64,000 nt of DNA from Torpedo marmorata (Eukaryota). Position 1 is the first letter of the stretch. Each line of letters begins with the position of its first letter. The DNA is taken from NCBI GenBank assembly GCA_977017645.1, contig OZ360252.1:21886001-21950000 (forward strand). The letters are read 5' to 3'. Made by a program: the position numbers and the translations under genes. Positions 24,401 through 36,984 of this stretch are shown here, piece after piece. Under the pieces are notes generated by a model. That model ran no database searches and was not told the origin of the DNA. It was given only the letters and a program-made list of their open reading frames with translations.

Positions 24401-27289
24401 ATTTTTCCATTTTATATGTTTGTAACAAATTATAATGCAATTTTTTCCCAACGAAATTTTTCCTCTTTTCTTCTGATCTCTTTTTTTGCAAGTCCTTCTC
24501 CAAAAATTCAATCTCCCTCTCCAAATTATCCACCTCCCGAACATAATCCTTCTTAATTTTTGCTGAATAAATTATTATTTGGCCTTAAATAAGCCTTTAA
24601 AGCTTCCCAAATAATAAATTTATTATCAATCGAATTAGAATTTATTTGTAAAAATTCTTGAATTTCTCTTATATAATCACAAAAATCCATTCTTTTTAAT
24701 AAAGAAGAATTAAATCTCCACCTATATATAGTTTTTTCTTTTTCTGGAATTATACAAGACATTAATAAAGGCGAATGATCAGAAATTATTCTTGCTTTAT
24801 AAGATGCTTGTGTTACCCTATCTTGGACTTGTGAAGACAATAAAAACATATCTATCCTAGAATATGAATCATGTCTAAAAGAATAAAAAGAATAATCTTT
24901 TTCTCTAGGGTTCAATATTCTCCAAATATCTATTAAATTTAAGTCTTTCATCAAACTAAGAACTCTTTTAGCAATTTTAGATTTAGCAACTGATCTCGAT
25001 GTTTTATCCATTATCGGATCTAAACAACAATTAAAATCCCCACCAATTAAAATGTTATCATTAGCTTCTGACAAATGCATAAAACAATCTTGAATAAATT
25101 GTTCATCATCCGCATTTGGTACATATATATTCATAAGTGTCCACAATTCTGAATATATCTGACAATGTATTAAAACATATCTACCTACCACATCTATAAC
25201 CACAGAATGTATTTTAAAAGGTAACTTTTTATTAACTAATATAGCCACTCCTCTTGCTTCAGAATTAAATGAAGAAGCAACCACTTGGCCAACCCATTCT
25301 CTCTTCAACTTCTGATGTTCTAAATCTGTCAAATGTGTCTCTTGTAAAAAAGCTATATCTACATTTAACTTTTTAATATGTGCTAAAGTTCTCTTCCTTT
25401 TAATCGGGTTATTTAGCCTATTTATATTGATAATTACTACATTTATTGTTTTACTATCCATCATTACTAAATCTTAATAAGTCTCTCTCCATCAAATCCA
25501 CCAGCACCCTCCTCCACATTCGTAATCTATTTGACATCTCCTTGAAAAGAAAAAGAAAAAAAAAGAAAAAAAAAGAAAAAAAAAGAAAATAGAAAAGAAA
25601 CAAAACCCCACTGTATACAATACTGGCAAAATTACCCCAGTATTACCCCCTTCCATTACTCGAGAAGTGGCCCTCGCCACTAAGGTGGTATGCGGCTAGG
25701 AAGGAGAAAACAAAAAGTCCACCCCCCCCCACCAACAGATTTTACACAACATTTATTATTGTCTTCATTTAGCTTCTTCAAGGTCCTTATGAACTTGTTC
25801 TTCATCAATCTCAATCTCGGCCTCCTCCTCTTTTCCTGAAGTACTTGGCAAAGAAACTTGCGATGGTGAAATATCTTGAACTTGGTGATGTTCCATCAGA
25901 TCTAGATCTTTCTTCAAATATGGAAGAAAATTTGCATGTTGGAGCGCTAGTTGACAATCCGTAAAAAAACAAGATTGATTTTCTGTAGATTGAACCTTCA
26001 AAACCGCAGGATATCTAAACGAAAACTTATATCCCTTATTCCAAAGAATCGCTTTTGCTGGGTTAAATTCCTTTCGTTTTTTAACTATAACTGAACTCAG
26101 ATCAGGATAAAAGAAAACTCTATTTCCCTGAACCATCAATGGACCATTCTGCGACTTAGCATTTTGAATAGCTAATTTCAATACCTTCTCTTTATCCGGA
26201 TATCGAAGACATTTAACTAAAACTGAATGTGGTCTTTGACCAGCATACGGTTTCCCCCTACCAACTCTATGCGCTCTCTCTAACTCCAGTCCATACTGAA
26301 ACTTATCAAGACCCAGAGCATCTGGAATCCATTTTTGAAAGAATTCAGTCATATCGTAGTCTTCAAAATTTTCAGGTAATCCCACAATTTTAATATTGTT
26401 CCTCCGGCTCTGGAGGAATATATCCATCTTTTGTAAAAGTTCATTTCTTTGCTGCTCCCAACCTGTGAATGAGTCTTCTACTTTATCAACTCTATCTTTA
26501 TAATCCACCATTTCTTCATAATGTTCTTTAACCTCTTTTTCAATTTCTTGAACTTTCACTTTTACTGTATTCACAGTATTTGTCTGTCTTCTCATATCTT
26601 GTTTAATATCTTTCATTTCTTCTTCAATTCCATTAAGTCTAAATTCCAAACGATGTTCCATCCTTGAGATAGCTTTAAGTATTTGTTGAGCTACCGATAT
26701 TTCAATCTCTTCTCCACTTGAATCCTCAGCCTCTCCCTCCATTTCTCCCATTTCTTCTTCCATCATTCCTTCTCTTTCTTCTTATCCTCTGAATCTGATG
26801 AAGTTTCAAGTCCCACAACATATTGTGATGATTGTGGGGCGTCTCCTTTGCTGTCAGCTTTGTCTGACATCTCCCGTTGTCTATCGCGCATGCGCACCGT
26901 TTCGCGTTAAGATTTGTAGTTTTGTAGTTTTTCTTTGAGCACCGGCGCCATCTTCCCCAGCTCCCTGGGATGGCAGCGTCGGCACTGCAGTCGATCTAGG
27001 TGCCCTCGTCCGAGTAGTTCTGGGAGGGAGAGAAACTTGAACTTGAGGCTCCATCAAGCAGGTAGGACGATCTTCTTCTTGAAATAAACTTTGTTGAAAC
27101 ATTGCTTTCCTTGCCTTTTGTTCTTTCGTTTTTCTTGAGGCCATTGTTAGACTTTTAATAAACACTCTTAACCTATTTTAAAACTAAATAAAGTATCTTA
27201 TAAATGGTTTTTGATTAAATCTGTGGGGAGAGGTGTATTTCAACGTCTCTGACCTACGCCATCAAACCACGCTCCCCCCCCCCCCCCCC
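21436..27289 (-). mobile_element. Full-length L1 retrotransposon (~5.85 kb) with frameshifted ORF1 (27165-25765) and ORF2 (25464-21707: APE endonuclease, RT, Cys-rich C-terminus)
   Basis: ORF1 SRRNNIKIVGLPE and ELERAHR; APE LQETH, GGDFN, SRID, SDH; RT LDAEKAFD, RQGCPLSP, FADD; 15-bp TSD gttggctgccttctt (21421-21435, 27290-27304). Confidence 0.96.
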
Positions 27290-27305
27290 GTTGGCTGCCT
27301 TCTTG

Positions 27306-30300
27306 ATTTGATTTTGATTTCAGATTTATTGTCAGAGTACATACATGACATCACATACAACCCGGAGATTTTTCCTGCGGGCGAGGCAGAATTATCACTC
27401 ATTGGTAGTGCAAAATAAAACTCTACACAATGCACACTTGTGAACAAATAAAGAAATGTAAACTGCAATTCAGAGAGGAAAAAAATCAATAAAGTGCAAA
27501 AGTAAGAGTCCTTAAATGAGTTCCTGATTGAGTTTGTCGTTGAGGAGTCTGATGGTGGAGGGGTAGCAGCTGTTCCTAAACCTGGTGGTGTGAGTCTTGT
27601 GGCACCTATACCTCTTTCCCGTTGAATATTTTATTAAATTTTTTTTAATCAATACATGCATAATATATACATAACAAGATGTCAATTCATTATTATTATA
27701 CTGCTTATACACGATGGGTAAATCCCAGCCCTCCTCCCCCCCCTCCCCCCAAACCAAAACCCCAGAAAAGAAGAAAGAAAAGAAAAGAAATAAAAGAAAA
27801 GTATGAAGAAAGATAAAGTGACCTGGATGGTAAAAAGTCGCCACCTACATCACGGTTTTTAATTAATTACTTTTTTTTCCTCATATATTCTCAGGGGGAA
27901 ATTAAAGAGGTACTTGGTATGAGAAAAGAAAAGACTATCAATTTATTCCTACAATTTGTAAATATGGACGCCAAATTTTCAAAAATATATCATATTTATT
28001 TCTTAAATTGTAAGTAATCTTCTCATGTGGGATACAACTACGCATTTCTGCATTCCACCGTTCCATACCTAAATGAGAATCTGATTTCCAAGTTACTGCT
28101 ATACATTTTTTTGCTACTGCTAATGCAATTTTTAAGAATTCTTTTTGATACATATTTAATTTTAATTTAGGTCTTGTCCCCTCAATATTACCTAATAAAA
28201 ACAACATTGGATCTTGTGGAAATTTAGTTCTCATAATCTGCTCTAAAAAGGTTTTAAAATCTGTCCAAAAGGATCTTACTTTAGGGCAAGACCAAGTTGA
28301 ATGTAGAAAAGTTCCTATTTCCTGATTACATCTAAAACATTGATCTGATAACTCTGATTTTAACCTTTTCAGTTTCTGTGGTGTAATATATAATTGATGT
28401 AACAAATTATATTGAACCAATCTATACCTGACATTTATTATATTTGTCATACTATCTCGACATAACTCCGACCAGTTTCGTTCATCAATATTTATATTCA
28501 AATCCATCTCCCATCTTTGTCTAGATCTATGAATTCCTTTTTTTAAAGTTCCTTTTTGTAATAAATTATACGTAACTGAAGTAAAAAATTTTTATATGTC
28601 TATTCCGAATCAAAATTTTAATGTCACTAGGTTTCGGCAATAACATTGTTGGGCCTAATTTGTCTCTTAAATATGCTTTTAACTGATAGTAACAAAAAAG
28701 TGTATTATTTTGTATCCATATTTATTTCTTAATTGTTCAAATGACATTAATTTATCCCCTTCATAACAATCTTCTCTATATTTAATTCCTTTACGAGACC
28801 ATATATTTAATAGTTGATTATCCATTGTGAAAGGAATAAGTCGATTTTGAATTAGAGATTCTTGATAACACAGATCCCCTCATTTCATCATCAATGTTTA
28901 TTTTTTTCCACTTATTAATCAAATGCTTCAACAGAGGGGTTTCTCTATCACCCGTTATTAATTTAGATTCCCATTTATATACAGAATCTTCTGGTATTTT
29001 TTCTCCTATCTTATCTAATTCTATTTTAATCCATGCCGACTTCTCTCCTTCTTCAAAAAAGATGCTATAAATCTCATTTGTGCTGCTTTATAATAATTCT
29101 TTAAATTTGGAAGTTGTAGACCTCCCAACTCATATTTCCATGTTAATTTTTCTAAAGAAACCCTCGACATCTTACCGTTCCAAAGAAATGTCCTTATAAA
29201 TTTATTTAATTCTTGAAAAAACTTTTGTGGTATTAATATCGGTAGTGTTTGAAACAAATATTGTACTCTAGTAAATATATTCATTTTAACACAATTAACT
29301 CTACCCAGCAAAGTTATTGGTAATGTCATCCATTTATTAAGATCTTCTCCATTTTTCTTCAATAAAGGTAAATAATTTAATTTGTATAAATTTTTAAAAT
29401 CATTATCTACTCGTATACCTAAGTACTTTATACCATTCGTTGGCCATTTAAGTTGAGTTTCTCTTTGACACTGAGTATAGTCTCCTGTAGTAAGAGGCAT
29501 AATTTCACTCTTGTCCCAGTTTATTTTATAACCCAATACTTTCCTGTATTCTTCAAGTCTTGAATATAATTTACGTAATGAACTTATTGGTTCTGTCAAA
29601 TAAATTAAAACATCATCAGCAAATAAATTAATTTTATATTCCTCTCGATTGACTTTAAATCCTTTAATCTCTGGATCTGACCGTACCAATTCTGCAAGTG
29701 GTTGTATTGCTTAAAATAAATAAGGCTGGTGATAATGAACATCCTTGTCTACTCAATCTTGTTAAAGGGAATGGTGCATAAACCTGTCCATTTGTTACCA
29801 CTCTGGCCCTAGGCTCATTGTACAAAGCTTTAATCCATTTTACAAATATCTGTCCCATCCCATATTTTTCCAACACCTTAAATAAAAAAAATCCCATTCT
29901 AATCTATCAAACGCTTTTTCGGCATCCAAAGCCACTATTATGCTTAAATCTCCCCTTTTCTGTGCTAAATGTATTATACTAAGTAATCTAGTTACATTAT
30001 TTGTGGATTGTCATTTTTGTACAAATCCTGTTTGATCCGTATTTATCAATTTTGGTAAATATTCCGTCAGCCTATTTGATAAAATTTTTGCTATTATCTT
30101 ATAATCTGCATTTAATAACGAAATAGGTCTATACAATGCTGTTTTTAAAGGGTCTCTGTCCTTTTTTGGTATTACTGTTAATATTGCTGTAGAAAATGAT
30201 TCCGGAAGAGTGTGCGTCTCCGCCACTTGTTGCACTACCTCCATAAATGGAGGAATCAACAGATCTTTAAATTTTTTATAAAATTCAGGCGGAAAACCAT

Positions 30301-32038
30301 CCTCTCCAGGAGATTTATTACTTTGTAATGAGCTCAACGCTTCATACACCTCTTTTGATGTAAACGGGGCATCCAGCCCTGTTTGTTCTTCCGGACTTAA
30401 CCTTGGCAAATTTATTTGTGATTAAAAAAACTTTCTATCGTATTATCATCTCTTTGTGACTCAGATTGATATAACTTAGAATAAAATTTTTTAAAAGCTA
30501 CATTAATTTCTTGAGGTTTATAAGTAATCACATTTGCATCTGTTTTTATTGCATTAATTATTCTTGAAGTTTGCTCTGCTTTCAATTGCCAAGCAATAAC
30601 TTTGAGCCCTTTCACCTAATTCATAGTATCTCTGTTTAGTTCGCTTTATTGTTTTTTCTGTTCTATATGTTTGCAATGTATTATATTGAAGTTTTTTACT
30701 AATAAGCCTCCTACATTTCTCCTCAGAGATCCGTTGTTGTAAATCCTTCTCTAAGTATGTTATCTCTTTCTCGTTGTTCTGACTCCTTCATATATTCCTT
30801 CTTAATTTTTGAAGTATAACTTATAATTTGTCCTCTTAAGTAAGCTTTCATCATGTCCCATAGAATACATTTATTGTTAACCGAATTAAAATTTGTTTCA
30901 AAGAAAAATTGAAATTGTTTTCTAATAAAATCAGAAAAATCTGGTCTTTTTAACAACATTGAGTTAAATCTCCATCTGTAAACTGATTCTTCTTTATCTG
31001 TCATTATAATTGTCATTAATAAGGGTGAATGGTCTGATAATATTCTATCTTTATAATCCACCTGTTTTATCTTGAAGATGTGCTCATATTAAAAATAAAT
31101 CTATCCTTGTCTATTTGAATAAAAAGAATAATCTCTTTCCCTTGGGTAAATTCTCTATACCTCTTTCCTGATGGGAGCAGTGAGAACAGAGTGTGTGCTG
31201 GGTGGTGTGGGTCTTTGATGATTGCTGCTGCTCTCCGACAGCAGCGTTCCCTGTAGATGTACTCAATAGTGGGGAGGGTTTTGCCTGTGATGTGCTGGGC
31301 TGTGTCCACTACCTTTTGGAGGGCTTTACGCTCAGGGGTATTGGTGTTCCCATACCAGATCGTGATGCAGCCGGTCAGCACACTTTCCACCACACATCTG
31401 TAGAAATTTGCCAGGGTTTCCGATTTCATACCAAACCTCTGCAAACTCCCGAGGAAGTAGAGGCGTTGACGTGCTTTCTTCATGATGCCATTAGTGTGTT
31501 GGGTCCAGGAAAGATCCTCCGAGATAGTGACTCCAAAAAACTTAAATTTGCTCACCCTCTCCACCTCTGATTCCCCCAATGATCACTGGATTGTACACCT
31601 CTGGTTTTCCCTTCCTGAAGTCAACAATCAGCTCCTTAGTTTTGGTGACATTGAGTGCAAGGTTGTTGTTGGTGCACCATTCAGCCAAGTATTCAATCTC
31701 CCTCCTGTATGCTGACTCATCGCCCCTTTTATACAACCCACTACTGTGGTATCGTCAGCGAATTTATAGGTGTTGTTGTCGTACCGAGCCACACATTCAT
31801 CGGTGTATGGCGAGTAGAGCAGAGGGCCAACAACGCATCCCTGTGGTTCTCCGGTACTGATGGAGATTGTGGTCTGGAGGCGAGGAAATCAAGGATCTAA
31901 TTACACAGTGGAGTGTTGAGTCCCAGGTCTTGGAGTTTGCTGATCAATTTTGAGGGGATGATGGTGTTAAATGCCGAACTCTAGTCGATAAAGAGCATCC
32001 TGATGCATGCATCTTTACTGTCCAGGTGTTCCAGTACT
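27306..32038 (-). mobile_element. Rex1/Babar LINE (5'-truncated) interrupted by an L1
   Basis: 3' tail at about 27306-27350; RT peptides in ORFs 31067-31579 and 31542-31736; [14 protein letters not shown]-type sequence near 31950-32010. Confidence 0.85.
27620..31154 (-). mobile_element. 5'-truncated L1 of a second subfamily, degraded ORF2
   Basis: SDHSP, SPGEDG, YRPISLLNAD, FADD and C-terminal peptides; 14-bp TSD ctatacctctttcc (27606-27619, 31155-31168). Confidence 0.93.
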
Positions 32039-32739
32039 TTGAGGCACATTAGATGCATTCAGCAGATGGGAGGCCAGAGCCTGTGATGGAACTGGCTTTG
32101 TTTGTTTCCTATCGGGCATTCGAATTGCCAAACCAGGCTGTAATGTAACCAGCCAGTATATTTCCACAGTGAACCTGTAGAAGTTTGATAGAGTATTCAA
32201 CAACATGCCAAGTCTTCTCAGGCGTGCCAGAAAGTAGAGGCTTTGGTGTGCCTTGTTTACGGTTTCAAATTCCCTGGGTGAAGTAATTCTTTTTCAGACT
32301 GGTTAGATCTAGAACTTTGTTACGGAGTGTATGATCACTAGCTTAGCCTCTCTCTGTCATCTTGAGTCCGGTATTTCTCTTTTGTAGTTATATGCGTCTA
32401 TTGGATTGTCGGTTGTGCAGAAAGATATTTTCCAAATGGAGCTTGTACAACTTCTTATTGCAAAGGTTATTTGATGTGGCAACGTGTAAATCTTGTTCTT
32501 GTAGCGGTTCCAGTGATGCTCACTGTGTTTAGTGCATTGCTATAGAGGTGTTACCTTGGCCATGCAGCCTTGCTGTGAAGCTGCAGGTCTTGCCTTGGGG
32601 CTGGAGTCTGCTCCCTCTCGTTGAACTGATTGAATGCAGCGTACGATGCCAGCAGGCACTCCGGTCTCGTGAGAAATCTGGTTTGGCCAGAAATGCATCA
32701 CAAAGCAAGATGCTGACAAAAACCTTCGGAGTCTGTGCA

Positions 32740-33228
32740 TTCCCCCTGCTGGCACTGGAGCGAGCGCTCAGCTGTGGCGATCCAGCGATCACGGCAGCGG
32801 ACCGGCGACGGGCTCGGAGGCTGAAGAACACTCAGGCGGCGGCGGGCTGCTGGTGACTGTGCTCAAGGGACTTGCACCAGGCTGTGGACTGCTGGAAACT
32901 GGCTGAAGGGGTACCAGGTATCGGAACCGAGATGCGAGAGGGCGCTGAGGGCTTCCTGATCGTGTCAGAGGTTTGGATCAGGATCTGGGTTTTGCCGATG
33001 GTTTGGACTGAAGGCTGTGTGGCTGCGGAGGCTGGAGGAGCGCTGGAGGCGAATCCACGGATACTCAGTGTCTCTGGCAGCGCCGCCTTTTGCTTCTCTT
33101 TCTCTGACTGTAAGGGGCACTGGGCAATTTGGCGAATCATTGTCTACCTTACTGTAGACTAAAGGAAATTTCATGTAATATTTTACATTTTCTGTTTTAT
33201 TACATGTCAATAAAGGAATCTTGAATCC
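32740..33228 (+). mobile_element. Unclassified non-coding retroposon with a Rex1-type 3' tail
   Basis: GC-rich body homologous to 37820-38080 and 39605-39900; ends aatttcatgt...gtcaataaaggaatcttgaatc; left boundary uncertain. Confidence 0.6.
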
Positions 33229-33451
33229 TGGCAAGTGAGAGGGAAATTGAAAGATCATCTCCAAGGCAGCCACACTGAAAAGGGCAGACTACCTTCTCAG
33301 GAACTCCCCATCTAGAGCAGTCAGAGAGATTTCACTCCATGCAATGGGGAGTTGAGCAGGAGAGATGTTTGTCTGTATTTGATGCAGATTCAAATAATGT
33401 ACCTTGAAAACTAGGCATTGCAACCAACATAGCTGTGTTATGTTTTTCCAG

Positions 33452-33662
33452 GGGTCTATTGCACACAGCCGATGCACATTACGTGATTGAACCCCTTGAG
33501 CACTCCAGTACCTTTCAGCACTTGGTGTATCGGATGGAGGATGTACTGGGAGACATTTTGACCTGTGGCGTGTCCAACTTGAGCAGCGTTGTGCCGCAGA
33601 GCGACCACGAAGGCACAGAGCAGTTCCCGCACGAAGGACACAGCATGATGAGCTTCCTCCGT
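33452..33662 (+). CDS. ADAM9: ADAM9-like coding exon, prodomain end with cysteine-switch-like TCGVS
   Basis: tttttccag acceptor, gtaagt donor; 211 bp, phase 2 to 0; GLLHTADAHYVIEPLEHSSTFQHLVYRMEDV...TCGVSN...MMSFLR. Confidence 0.93.
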
Positions 33663-33861
33663 GTAAGTCACAGTCCTCGCCGTCTCTAGACCTGTGCAGC
33701 GAACCATTGCTTGTGCCGGAGAGGGTAGCAGTGCGTTGTTTGTCGCCTGTGCTGTTGTGGTTGTACGATGACCGTAGGAGCGGAATTGGGCCGTTTGGAC
33801 CATCGAGTCTGCATTGTTTTTACAATATTTTATTGAACAATAATATATGTAATAATACTGA

Positions 33862-34105
33862 GGGCAGCACGGTTAGCGCAGCGCTGTTACAGCTCCAATG
33901 ATTGGGACAGGGGTTCAAATCCTGCGCTGTCTGTAAGGAGCTTGTATGTTCTTCCCGTGTCTGCGTGGGTTTTCCCCGGGTGCTCCAGTTTCCTCCCACC
34001 CTTCAAAACGTACGGGGGTTGTACGTCAATCGGGTGTAATTGGGCGGCACAGGCTTCTGGGCCGAAAGGGCCTGTTACTGTGCTGTATGTCTAAATTTTT
34101 TTTTA
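33862..34105 (+). mobile_element. tRNA-derived V-SINE (HE1-like), full length
   Basis: gggcagcacggttagcgcagcg head, ggttcaaatcc B box, V-domain, CR1-type tail. Confidence 0.88.
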
Positions 34106-34206
34106 AAAAAGGTTATTTTTGAAATTAACTTTCTCTCTACAGTGGCAGTCTGGTTTCCTGAGTGCTTACAACTTTTTTTATTTTATCCCTAATACTAAAT
34201 GATACT

Positions 34207-34613
34207 AATGGAGGTAGGGTGAGTATGTTCAAGGGATACCAATGGAATTGAGGGATGTTCGATTGGTATGTACAAGGTATACCAATGGAATCGAGGGATG
34301 TTCGATTGGTATGTTCAAGGCATACCAATGGAATTGAGGGATGTTCGATTGGTATGTACAAGGTATACCAATGGAATCGAGGGATGTTCGATTGGTATGT
34401 TCAAGGCATACCAATGGAATCGAGGGATGTTGGATTGGTATGTTCAAGGCATACCAATGGAATTGAGGGATGTTCGATTGGTATGTACAAGGTATACCAA
34501 TGGAATCGAGGGATGTTCGATTGGTATGTTCAAGGCATACCAATGGAATTGAGGGATGTTCGATTGGTATGTTCAAGGCGTACCAATGGAATCAATGGAG
34601 GTAGGGTGAGTAT
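34207..34613. repeat. 43-bp minisatellite (~8.5 units) bounded by 20-bp direct repeats
   Basis: accaatggaa recurs every 43 bp from 34238 to 34582; aatggaggtagggtgagtat at 34207-34226 and 34594-34613. Confidence 0.95.
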
Positions 34614-35354
34614 TGTTACAAATTAAAACCAGCAACGACAGAAGATGCAATACAAAAGGGGTAAAATTGAAATTTATATTTATTAAAGACAATTAAACAT
34701 ATAATTTCACAACAATTAACCCCACTATAAACGTCTATAAACACTATTCTTATCTAAAGTGTGTGTGTGTGTGTGTGTGTATAAAGCCCAGACCATTACA
34801 GTCTGTGCCCAACCCTAATGTAAAAATGGAAAACCTTCCCCAAAACCCCCAGGTCAGTCATAAAATAAGTCAGTCCCAAAAATACAGTCCACAAAAATTC
34901 ACTCTCTATGTTCAGGGTCCAAATTCAGCTCTGTGTGCTGGCAAGAAGGACTTCTTAATGAACGTTGGAGAGAGACAATGACTGTTTAAGCTTACGAATG
35001 CTTGGCCTGCTTTTCTTCTCTGATGACTTTCCATTTTGGAAGATTCACGAGGATTGCGACTCCAAATCTGTTTTGGATTGAGGCGTGTACTTGGATCTCA
35101 CAGTCTGTCTCGCTTCTCCAGCCTTTGCAACTCCAAACAACAACTGAACCTCAATGCTTTTTGCAGAGGTTTGCATCTGCTTTTGCAAAAGTGCAACAAA
35201 GTATCTCTCCACAGTCTGTCTCTCTCTCTGGTGTCTCTCTCTCTGTGAGTACAAGAAGTCCTGGGCAAGTTAACTCTCCCAGTGTGTACTCCAAAAGACT
35301 TCATCCTTCCTGCTGACCGTCTGCAGTCCAAATGGCCAGTCATGGTCCATAACA
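34614..35354 (-). mobile_element. Solo LTR, copy 2
   Basis: TGTTA...TAACA termini; near-TSD gtat/gtgt; colinear with 8748-9569 apart from an internal deletion. Confidence 0.8.
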
Positions 35355-35676
35355 GTGTGAAGACAATGGGGTCAAATGGCCCACTCCTGCTTTCATTCCT
35401 TTGGTTCTATCTCAACGTTTTCCACCTGGTTCAGTCACCACTTGGCCTCTGAATCTCTCCCACCCCATCAACGACCTCCCCTTTGCCCTCTCCAACGTTC
35501 TCTCCGCCTTCCAGTTTCCAGTGAAGAGTTCGACCCTGTTTCTCTCTCCACACACGCTGCCCGACCTGAGTGTTTCCAGCATCCTCTGTTGCATTTGAGG
35601 TGGGTGTTGTTACAGAAGTAGAAATAAATTGTGTGCAGATCAAAAACTAAATCTCCTGTTTTTTTTTTTTTTCCAG

Positions 35677-35742
35677 AGCAAGCGAGCCATCCTGCCTCAG
35701 ACTCGATATGTTGAGCTGTTTCTGGTCGTGGACAAAGATCTG
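35677..35742 (+). CDS. ADAM9: ADAM9-like coding exon, furin site and start of metalloprotease domain (SKRAILPQTRYVELFLVVDKDL)
   Basis: polyT-ccag acceptor, gtaagt donor; 66 bp; R|SKR forms RxKR across the junction; matches ADAM9 AVLPQTRYVELFIVVDK. Confidence 0.95.
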
Positions 35743-35833
35743 GTAAGTATGAAATGGGATTTCAACAGAGGAGGTAAGGGAAGGGTCTCTCGCCAGCTGC
35801 TCTCATTCACCACTGTGTTTCTCTCTTGTGCAG

Positions 35834-35902
35834 TACGGTGTAACCAAGAATGAGACTGCTGTGAGGGAGCAGATGGTTCAAATTGCCAATTACCTCGACG
35901 GA
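35834..35902 (+). CDS. ADAM9: ADAM9-like coding exon (YGVTKNETAVREQMVQIANYLDG)
   Basis: cttgtgcag acceptor, gtaagt donor; 69 bp, phase 0-0; resembles ADAM9 NQTAVREEMILLANYLDS; preceded by a 91-bp intron. Confidence 0.92.
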
Positions 35903-36454
35903 GTAAGTGCACTTTTGAACTGATAAAACATTTCCTCGCGTCCGCCAGCAAGTTTGTCCCCGCGAGAGGTTAATTTGAGCCCCTGTGGTCTGGGCAGGGT
36001 TGCCACCATCGTTCTGGAGCAGGGACCGGGAAATGGCCACGTCAGGGTGGAATGGAATTCCATAAAGAATTGTTTAATAGTGACGTTTTTGCCTTGCTGC
36101 GTTCTGAGAGAGTTGCCCAGACTTGGGAGAGAGTTTGAGGGTGATTTTATTCTGCTGCCGCACCGTTGCCTTCTCGACTGTTATCGTGAGCGTCGTCGCT
36201 CGAAAAAAAAACCCGTCTCCTGGTGAAAGTCTCGGGCTGCGATTGGACTTTAAGTGGGCTGGGGGAGTCTCTCCACTCCTTCTGGACCATCTCCTACTCC
36301 TCCCCAAGTCCATGGCTTCGGAGGTGGCTCGTTGGGTCTCCCGCGACTTTTGGGGATAGTTGGCTCAATTCCAGTAGCTCGAGAACAACAGTGAGGCTGT
36401 GCTACCCTGTGAGAGGTTCCATCTTTCGGATTCAAAGTCAAAATAACATCCATG

Positions 36455-36787
36455 CAGAAAATCCGGACTGCTCGGGGATTCGGTCGGTCCAGATTTTTGG
36501 ATTTTCTAGATTCTCGGGCAGTACTTTTAAAATTCAAATTTAAGGAGGAATAAAGAAGAGATGAACAGGTAAATTTTAATAGTTTATTCATTAGCAAATA
36601 CAGCATGTGAGATCTTAGTTACAATTTTTTCAAAGGTTGCACTATATATTTTTTCTGCTTGTGTATCATCTGTGGCGCTTACGCACGCACACAAAAGTCC
36701 ACTAAATTTAAAAAGTTTGAGAGTTTTCAAAGTCTGGATTCTCGGGTGGTCCGGAATTCTGGCATCCAGAGTTTTGGACTTCTACTG
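36455..36787. mobile_element. Tigger-like MITE with degenerate left end
   Basis: homologous to 38417-38653 (aaaatccggactgctcgggga...gactt(c/t)tactg|ta). Confidence 0.7.
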
Positions 36788-36984
36788 TATATAATATGTG
36801 TGTATATGCTTGTGTACATGTGTGTTTATGTAGAATACAAATCATTGATTCCAAGGAACATTTTCTGCCTTGGATTTGGTGCCTGTCCCATAGTTACACT
36901 GATACTTTGTCTGTTCAGGCAGAAGTAAACAGAGCCTCGTTAATTAAACTGTGCTTTTTCTCCCACCACCCCACCCTCTCGCAG

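Noticed and set aside
31067-31579. Novel chimeric 170-aa protein
   Set aside because: Rex1 frame reading through the L1 insertion junction; an artefact of nesting
33060-33150. HDV-like ribozyme suggested by gggcaatttggcgaat and a cagtgtctct/aggggcactg stem
   Set aside because: Could not build P2, P3 and L3, and the pairing is not well kept in the related copies
33862-33930. tRNA genes at SINE heads
   Set aside because: A/B boxes run straight into the V-domain and CR1-type tail; no complete cloverleaf
34207-34613. CRISPR-like array of palindromic repeats
   Set aside because: Units are contiguous with no unique spacers, there are no cas genes, and the context is a vertebrate intron
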